A DNA stretch of 64,000 bases from an uncultured Gammaproteobacteria bacterium (lineage in GTDB: Bacteria; Patescibacteriota; Patescibacteriia; JAHIZJ01): positions 443,042 to 507,041 of the forward strand of contig CAYJKP010000001.1 of assembly GCA_964371245.1 (NCBI GenBank), in the 5' to 3' direction. This document shows positions 57,867 to 64,000 of this stretch, piece after piece. Position 1 is the stretch's first letter; the number at the start of each line of letters is the position of its first letter. A program made the translations under genes and the position numbers. The notes beneath the pieces were generated by a model. The model saw only the letters and a program-made list of their open reading frames with translations. It had not been told where the DNA came from and did not search any database.

Positions 57867-59340
57867 GTCGAAGCTGTTCAAATATTACGGCGCATGTCAT
57901 GATGAAACCGAGACCGAGCGGATGATTAAGATAAGGCGTAGTCGCGTGCGTAATGAGCAGCGACGTCAACGCGAGAAGCAAACCAAGAATAAACATTTTT
58001 TCACCATTTTCGTTTTTTCGATAGGCCTGAATGCCATTTTTGAATATCTGATAAAGAAATAGGGCGTAGATAACAAGTCCAATCAGACCGAGTTTTAAGG
58101 CCAGGTCAAGATACCCCCATTCAAACGAATACGTCTTATACAAACCCCCGGTCGTGGCGACGACGCGCGGATCCTTTGATACGTATGTCACCTCACTGCC
58201 AAAACCCTGACCAAGAAACGGCGATTTCCATATTTCTTGCCCAAGCGGTTTGATAAGATTCCAGCGGCTCTGCAGGGCAACTTCATTCGTATCACCAAGT
58301 CGATCTTCAACCAGACTTGATAAGCTGACACCACCGCCGTGAGCCTTCAACCATTGCGGCGCGTTGACGAGAAGGTAGATACAACCAATTTCGACAATAA
58401 AGATTCCAATCATGATGGCTCCGAGCGCGATGATATTCTTGAATCGATAATTATAGCGTTGGATCAATGCTACTGTCACGAATATCAGGGTGACAGCAAA
58501 AGACAACCAGAGGCTTCTCGAGTAACTGATGAGTATCGTGGTCGTTGCCATAATATAGAGTATTATTAACGCTCGGTGTTTTTTTATGCCTTCGCGCCTG
58601 ACCGCAACAGCCAAAACTACTAAGACCAATATGGCTCCGAAGAGACTGAATATATGACTCTGCGAGAAAACGCGATAGAAATTGTGACTAATGAGCGTTA
58701 TTTCATTGACGCGCGTATCGCGAACCCAGCGGTAAAGCGACGGCAGGAACGAGACCTGTGAAGCGAAGAGTAAAAGCAAGACAAGAGTTTTTACAGCCAC
58801 CGCCGTCAGGCCGGCCAGTATAACCTCAATGGCAGTCGCGATCTTTTTTCGATCGATCATTACTTCATAGAATACAAATATCAAACCAAGGTATAAAAAT
58901 CCGTTGACATCAAGAAAAATATTTTTTGATGGATGATGGCGGATCAGGCCGTTCGCTATCCCCCAACCGAGCGCCCCTAAGAATATGACATACCACCAAA
59001 ATAATTTTGATTTAAAAAACTGTACCTTGCGTTTTAGCAGACGGGTGAGCAGCCAAACCGCGATCACCACGCAAAACAGCCCCAAGCGTATTGAAACTGA
59101 AAACGATCCAACGTTGCTGGAAAACAGGTACCCTTTTGATCCAACCACTAGTTCCGCAATGACAATCCAGAGCGCGATATCGAGTCGCCAAAACGCAACG
59201 AGTCCTGTCACGCCGAGTATCACCCAAAACGCTATTTTGCCAACCAGCGGCCAGCTCCAACCGGCCAGACTCAACACCTCAATACAAGCGATGGCCAGCA
59301 CAATGTACCAGAAGGTTTTTGTAATTCGAATGGTGCTCAT
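57820..59340 (-). CDS. O-antigen ligase / polymerase (Wzy_C-like) membrane protein
   Basis: About 12 TM segments, SYSRSLW, P.LG.GFG, K.GL.G. ATG overlaps the upstream GT2 stop (ATGA). Confidence 0.8.
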   Translation of the reverse strand: MSTIRITKTFWYIVLAIACIEVLSLAGWSWPLVGKIAFWVILGVTGLVAFWRLDIALWIVIAELVVGSKGYLFSSNVGSFSVSIRLGLFCVVIAVWLLTRLLKRKVQFFKSKLFWWYVIFLGALGWGIANGLIRHHPSKNIFLDVNGFLYLGLIFVFYEVMIDRKKIATAIEVILAGLTAVAVKTLVLLLLFASQVSFLPSLYRWVRDTRVNEITLISHNFYRVFSQSHIFSLFGAILVLVVLAVAVRREGIKKHRALIILYIMATTTILISYSRSLWLSFAVTLIFVTVALIQRYNYRFKNIIALGAIMIGIFIVEIGCIYLLVNAPQWLKAHGGGVSLSSLVEDRLGDTNEVALQSRWNLIKPLGQEIWKSPFLGQGFGSEVTYVSKDPRVVATTGGLYKTYSFEWGYLDLALKLGLIGLVIYALFLYQIFKNGIQAYRKNENGEKMFILGLLLALTSLLITHATTPYLNHPLGLGFIMTCAVIFEQLRHGNYQSENQLAAAQH

Positions 59341-60209
59341 CGATGAAATGGCTGGATACATAGGCTCACAACAAGGCTTGGCACAAGACTCCAGGGATAA
59401 AGGAGTAGAACGGACAGACGCTCGAGCGCCGTACCATGTTTTTTATAATATTTTAACAGGCTATTATTGAGGCGCGCCTGTTTCCGTAGGCTCATTACCT
59501 GTCGAAAGCTTTGACCATAGAAATGGATTATTTCAGCATCAGCATAATACCACGTTTCCAAACCGGCCTTTTTTGCCATCCGGCAATAATCAACCTCCTC
59601 AAACCAAATGAAATAGCGCTCGTCCAGATTGCCAAGGCGCTTTCGGGTTTCTGGCGCGATCATGAAAAACGCACCCATGACTTGGTCTACCTTCTGACTT
59701 TTACTGAAATCAAAATTTGGCAGAAGATACTTTTTTAAAGGTTTCGCCCAAGGAAATATCCGATGAAGCTTTAATAAGATGAGGGCCATGGCGGCCAGTG
59801 ACGGAAAACTTCGAACTGATTCCTGGTTCGTACCATCAGGATTTTTTATTCGACAGCCAACGATTGCTGCCTGATGATTATCGTTCATCCAGGCGTACGT
59901 TTTTTCGATCGCCCGATCGACAATAATTGTGTCAGGATTTAATAGGAGCGTATATTCACCCCGGGCAATCTCAAGACCCTGATTGTTGGCTTTCGCAAAA
60001 CCATCATTTGTCTTGTTACTGATCAGTCGTACTTGAGGAAATATTTTTTTGACCATCTCAGCTGAACCATCATGCGATGCATTGTCGATGACAATCACTT
60101 CAAAACGGATGTTTTTTGTTTGTTCAAAAATTGAGCTTATGCATTGTCGCAAAAGCTCTCGGACGTTCCACGATACGACTATTACACTAACATCATATTC
60201 GCTCGGCAT
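59337..60209 (-). CDS. Glycosyltransferase family 2
   Basis: Motifs IDNASHDGS, GFAKANN, LNPDT, DERYFIWFEEVD.C. Confidence 0.93.
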   Translation of the reverse strand: MPSEYDVSVIVVSWNVRELLRQCISSIFEQTKNIRFEVIVIDNASHDGSAEMVKKIFPQVRLISNKTNDGFAKANNQGLEIARGEYTLLLNPDTIIVDRAIEKTYAWMNDNHQAAIVGCRIKNPDGTNQESVRSFPSLAAMALILLKLHRIFPWAKPLKKYLLPNFDFSKSQKVDQVMGAFFMIAPETRKRLGNLDERYFIWFEEVDYCRMAKKAGLETWYYADAEIIHFYGQSFRQVMSLRKQARLNNSLLKYYKKHGTALERLSVLLLYPWSLVPSLVVSLCIQPFHR

Positions 60210-60522
60210 ATTTCCAGTTAAAACACACCTGCAGTATACCGTCAAATGTCGAGAATGTAAAAAAGGACGGTATTTGGCCGTGGCTTCTTAAGACGATAAA
60301 TCCGCGATTTTTTTTATTCCCATAGAATGAATAAAAAAACGGGTTTTTCCCGTTTAAGTTATCCCCAGAAATGAAGAGTTTAAAGGTATCACGTGGCTTT
60401 TAACATGTCAAAGCCTTTTTTTCACCGCTTACCCACAGTCCTCTAACAATAGACAAAAAGTGCTACTTTTGATAGTATGAAATGGCATTAAATCAAATAT
60501 TCTAACACTAGCCGACATTGCT

Positions 60523-61812
60523 ATGATGGAAATTTTTCGAAACATGTGGCGTAAAAAATTTCGTTCCTTTCTGACGATCTTCGGGATCGCAATCGGTATC
60601 TTTGCCTTTACGGTCATGGGCTCAATGGCGCTCCGTTTCAATAAAATGATCCAGGGCGGTAAGCGCTTTATTACAGGACAAATTTCATTAATGCCAAAAG
60701 GTTACACCGGATATAGCGGCGGCTCCACAACCTTACCGCTGAATACATTAAACGAGATCGCAAAAATTGACGGAGTCGACGCCGTTGCCGGTATCGTTGA
60801 GCTAATGCTCGAGGAGCCTAATCCAGACGATCCTCTTGGCAGTATGGCGAGTTTCAGTACGCCACCGACGATCGAAGGTACGGATTTCAACACCAAATAC
60901 CGAAACCGTAACTGGGAGGAAATGGTTATGAAAGAAGGCCGGATGGTCGGACCAGGCGACGCTGATACGAATGTGGCGATCGGATATACCGTCGCGCTTG
61001 ATAAAAAACTAAAGACCGGCGATACGATGAGAATACGCGGCCGGGATTTCACGGTCGTCGGCGTTGTCGATAAAACCATGACCGGCCCCGATACGTATGT
61101 CTTTATGTCGATCAAGCCAGCCCGGGAAATGCTGATCGAGTCAACGCCGTTTCTGAAATCATTGCAAGACCAAGCGGACGAGGCGGCGAAAATTTCCGAT
61201 CAGGCTTTAGCAAAACTTCCCCAGGAGTCACGAAGTCAAATTCAACAGGCAAGGCTATTCAGCCCCGAAGATATCAATACGATGGCTGGCGTCTCGTGGA
61301 AAGACGGCGTTGACCCAGACGTGCTTTCAAACACCATAAAAGATAGGTTTAAGAACGAGGTGATGGTTCTATCCCCGAAAATGATGGGCGATACCATTGA
61401 TAAGGCGTCGGCTATTTTTAACGCGGTCATACTCGGAAGTGCCCTACTCGCCTTAATCGTCGGCGGCTTCTCGATCGTGAACACCATGCTGATGTCGATT
61501 TCTGAGCGGACCAAGGAAATCGGAGTCCGGAAAGCACTCGGCGCTTCACCGTCTTCGATTGCCCGCGATTTTACGGTTGAAGCTGGCGTGATTGGGTTGA
61601 TTGGCGGAATTATCGGTATTGGCTTGGGCTTGCTGATGATTGTGCTTCTCAACCGCGCCCTGGCCGGCAAAGGCGCCGAAATATTTATTATTGATACAAC
61701 CTTCTTACTTAGCGTTATTGGATTTTCCTTTGTCCTTGGCGTTATCGCCGGCGTCTTGCCTGCCTGGCGGGCCGCACGGCTACAGGTTGTCCAAGCCTTA
61801 CGCGAACTATAA
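60523..61812 (+). CDS. ABC transporter permease (MacB/FtsX family)
   Basis: Motifs R.K.RSFLT..GIAIG, NTMLMSISERTKEIGVRKALGA, PA.RAA.L....ALR. Confidence 0.93.
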   Translation: MMEIFRNMWRKKFRSFLTIFGIAIGIFAFTVMGSMALRFNKMIQGGKRFITGQISLMPKGYTGYSGGSTTLPLNTLNEIAKIDGVDAVAGIVELMLEEPNPDDPLGSMASFSTPPTIEGTDFNTKYRNRNWEEMVMKEGRMVGPGDADTNVAIGYTVALDKKLKTGDTMRIRGRDFTVVGVVDKTMTGPDTYVFMSIKPAREMLIESTPFLKSLQDQADEAAKISDQALAKLPQESRSQIQQARLFSPEDINTMAGVSWKDGVDPDVLSNTIKDRFKNEVMVLSPKMMGDTIDKASAIFNAVILGSALLALIVGGFSIVNTMLMSISERTKEIGVRKALGASPSSIARDFTVEAGVIGLIGGIIGIGLGLLMIVLLNRALAGKGAEIFIIDTTFLLSVIGFSFVLGVIAGVLPAWRAARLQVVQALREL

Positions 61813-61822
61813 CCCTATCACT

Positions 61823-62506
61823 ATGCCAAAAACGATTATCCGAGCGGAAAACATCCACAAGACATATCACATGTCAAAAACAAACGAGGTTCACGCCCTG
61901 CAAGGGATCAATCTTGAAGTTATGGAAGGTGATTTTTCTGCGATTATCGGCCCGTCGGGCTGCGGGAAATCAACGCTTATGCAAATCCTCGGTTTGTTGG
62001 ATCGACCCGATAGCGGTCGTTTGTTCATCAACGATGTCGACACCAGCACGATGAAGGAACGCCAAGCCGTAAAATTTCGAGCGAACACAATCGGCTTTAT
62101 ATTCCAAGGGTTTAATCTATTGCCCGCGCTTACCGCCCTTGAAAATGTCATGCTGGCCGGTCGGTATGGTGGCCTTAACCGAGTCGAAAAGAAAAAACGC
62201 GCTCGACAGCTACTCGAAATGATGGGGCTTGCTGAACGCCTGCACCACACGCCGAACGAATTGTCGGGCGGCCAGCAACAGCGCGTCGCAATTGCCCGGG
62301 CGCTCATCAATAGTCCGTCGTTGATCTTAGCCGATGAACCAACCGGCGAACTCGACAGTGAGACGTCGCTTGAAATTATTGATCTGTTGAAAAATTTGAA
62401 CGCAAAAAACAATCAAACCTTTGTTCTCGTGACGCATAATCTCGACGTCGCTAAATCGTGCAAGAAAATCATTCATCTCAAAGACGGTAAAAACACTTCA
62501 GCCTAA
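61823..62506 (+). CDS. ABC transporter ATP-binding protein (LolD-type)
   Basis: Motifs [33 protein letters not shown]. Confidence 0.95.
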   Translation: MPKTIIRAENIHKTYHMSKTNEVHALQGINLEVMEGDFSAIIGPSGCGKSTLMQILGLLDRPDSGRLFINDVDTSTMKERQAVKFRANTIGFIFQGFNLLPALTALENVMLAGRYGGLNRVEKKKRARQLLEMMGLAERLHHTPNELSGGQQQRVAIARALINSPSLILADEPTGELDSETSLEIIDLLKNLNAKNNQTFVLVTHNLDVAKSCKKIIHLKDGKNTSA

Positions 62507-62512
62507 CTACCC

Positions 62513-62995
62513 ATGGCATTGAAAAGCTCCTGGCTTACAGGTATAAGCTTTGGACTTACGTCCGGTGTTATTACGACGCTCGGGCTTTTAACCGGCTTGG
62601 CCGCGAGTACGAATTCGAAAATGGCCGTGCTTGGCGGTATTTTCACCATCGCCGTCGCTGACGCCCTCTCTGACGCGCTCGGTATGCATATTTCTCAAGA
62701 ATCGAACGCTGGCACGACCGCGAAAAGCGTTTGGGAGGCAACCGTGGCGACCGCATTAACGAAGTTTATTATTGCGATCACGTTTGCTGTTCCGGTGTTG
62801 CTGTTTGGTTTGATCGCGGCCACTATTATTGGTTCTGTTTGGGGCGTTATCCTCGTGAGTGTATTGAGTTATCGCATGGCGCGATCAAAAAATGAAAAAC
62901 CTTTTAGAGTAATTTTCGAACACGTGTCCATCACCGTTCTGGTTGTTTTACTAACGTATTTTATCGGCGATTTGATTGGTCAAATATTCGAATAA
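62513..62995 (+). CDS. VIT1/CCC1-like membrane transporter (short form)
   Basis: FG..SG.IT..G motif, A.ADA.SDA.G...S.E motif, about 5 TM segments. Confidence 0.75.
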   Translation: MALKSSWLTGISFGLTSGVITTLGLLTGLAASTNSKMAVLGGIFTIAVADALSDALGMHISQESNAGTTAKSVWEATVATALTKFIIAITFAVPVLLFGLIAATIIGSVWGVILVSVLSYRMARSKNEKPFRVIFEHVSITVLVVLLTYFIGDLIGQIFE

Positions 62996-63059
62996 CATCT
63001 ACAGTTTTATAAACATTTTGGAGAAAAATAAGAAGCCTGTTGGATATATTCCTTCAGGC

Positions 63060-63110
63060 TTATTGCTTGATCCATCTCTTCCTTAACTCGATCAGCTTTC
63101 GTATTATCAA
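63060..63110 (-). CDS. Putative 16-aa basic peptide in a stand-alone transcription unit (alternatively an sRNA, ~63024-63168)
   Basis: SD AGGAGG, 6-nt spacer, TTG start; MIIRKLIELRKRWIKQ*. Promoter TTGACA(63202)-16-TAGCTT with TG extension. Terminator AAGCCTG...CAGGCTT then CTTATTTTT. Confidence 0.45.
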   Translation of the reverse strand: MIIRKLIELRKRWIKQ

Positions 63111-63205
63111 CGCTCCCCTCCTGGCAATAAGCTAACAGATATCAGCAAGCCGTTCCTGCTGGTCGTGGACAAGAAAGCTAGCACAGAACATTCCCGTGTC
63201 AATAC

Positions 63206-63225
63206 AAAAAAGCAGCTAGGCTGCC
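63206..63225 (-). terminator. Terminator of the tRNA operon
   Basis: Minus strand GGCAGC-CTA-GCTGCT followed by TTTTT. Confidence 0.65.
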
Positions 63226-63245
63226 TATTTATATGAGATATTGGA

Positions 63246-63331
63246 TGGTGGGAAGGGAAGGATTCGAACCTTCGAAGCCCGGAGGCACCAGATTTACAGT
63301 CTGGCCCCGTTGACCGCTTGGGTACCTTCCC
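63246..63331 (-). tRNA. tRNA-Tyr (GTA), CCA encoded
   Basis: GGGAAGG...CCAGA-CTGTAAA-TCTGG, long variable arm, GGTTCGAATCC, ends ACCA. Confidence 0.97.
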
Positions 63332-63344
63332 ACAATTGTGATAC

Positions 63345-63420
63345 TGGAGCCGTTGGCCGGAATCGAACCGGCGACCTACTCCTTACCATGGAGTTGCTCT
63401 ACCAGCTGAGCTACAACGGC
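63345..63420 (-). tRNA. tRNA-Thr (GGT), CCA encoded
   Basis: GCCGTTG-TAGCTCAGCTGGTAGAGC...ACTCC-ATGGTAA-GGAGT...GGTTCGATTCC...TCCA, 76 nt. Confidence 0.97.
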
Positions 63421-63429
63421 AAAGACGTC

Positions 63430-64000
63430 TTACTTCTGCACGTTCGCTGGCCGAATCGTCGGATGACTAACTTCAAGTTCTTTTAACTTATCCTCCATTT
63501 CTTGTATTTTCATATTCTCGGGGTTTACCTGCTTTAAACGATCGTGCGCTTCCCAGGCCAAAACTTTGTTACCGGCAAGTATACTGATTTCAAATAATAA
63601 ATCAAGGTTCCGCGGGTTATTTGATTCTAAACGACAAGCCTTTTCTGTCTTCTCAAGGGCATCTTCAAAATCACCCAGCTCGCGTAAAACCAGGGCAAGA
63701 TTTATACAGTCGCTAGCTTTTTCAACGTTTGCCGTTCCGTTAATAATCTCGCTCTCACTTTCGAGCTTATCATCGAGCGAGATTACATATTCATAGGTTT
63801 CCTTGGCTTGATCATACTGGCGCGTTTCCATATAGATCTCGCCCAGACAGCGATACCAATTCGGGTCCTTCGGCGTATGCGAGATCATCTCAATGATCTT
63901 CTTTTCAGCAATCGCATATTCTTTCTTTTCAAGCAACTCATCTATTTCCGTGCTCAATTTCAAGGTTGTTGATTCAACCGGCGCGTCACTGCTCTTTGGT
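63430..64000 (-). CDS. TPR-repeat protein, 5'-truncated by the window
   Basis: TPR-like patterns (Y..LG.IY.....Y..A...YE; LA......G....A.....KA....NNP). Frame is open to the window edge. Confidence 0.8.
   Translation of the reverse strand, partial: PKSSDAPVESTTLKLSTEIDELLEKKEYAIAEKKIIEMISHTPKDPNWYRCLGEIYMETRQYDQAKETYEYVISLDDKLESESEIINGTANVEKASDCINLALVLRELGDFEDALEKTEKACRLESNNPRNLDLLFEISILAGNKVLAWEAHDRLKQVNPENMKIQEMEDKLKELEVSHPTIRPANVQK

Noticed and set aside
60246-60522. Candidate replication origin
   Set aside because: Only two imperfect DnaA boxes and no dnaA/dnaN nearby; cannot be supported without GC-skew data.
63000-63420. Integrated element at the tRNA genes
   Set aside because: No integrase and no duplicated tRNA 3' end (att repeat) was noticed in the window.
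63241-63486. 81-aa plus-strand ORF
   Set aside because: It is the antisense of tRNA-Tyr and tRNA-Thr.

Overview
Compact, gene-dense bacterial chromosome segment, roughly 45% GC by eye. It most resembles Patescibacteria/CPR (Parcubacteria-like); this is an inference from DUF4012, DUF11-like and GGPHVR FG-GAP surface proteins, overlapping genes, and core genes lacking Shine-Dalgarno (SD) motifs. Housekeeping content: clpB with a CIRCE operator, fmt-def-priA, gltX, serS, lysS, greA, frr, rseP, holB, alr-ddl-ftsQ, mreBCD-mrdA plus a second mreB, tRNA-Thr and tRNA-Tyr. Also present: two glycan-biosynthesis clusters (GT2, GT4, two O-antigen-ligase-like proteins, methyltransferases), two MacB/LolD-type ABC pairs, and an AmmeMemoRadiSam (amrS/B/A) cluster. 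No CRISPR array, rRNA, transposase or integrase was seen. The most notable unexplained features are: (1) GC-rich, strongly SD-led genes for exported proteins, one with an outer-membrane beta-barrel-like C-terminus; (2) a start-less ProRS anticodon-binding-domain ORF between rseP and mreB, reachable by a -1 slippery site; (3) two micro-ORFs missing from the ORF track that have strong SDs, namely a 43-aa, 53% acidic protein and a 16-aa basic peptide in its own promoter-terminator unit; (4) a tightly coupled lysS-HD-serS-HD-HD-NUDIX operon; (5) shared Asn-x-Asn low-complexity tracts in exported proteins.
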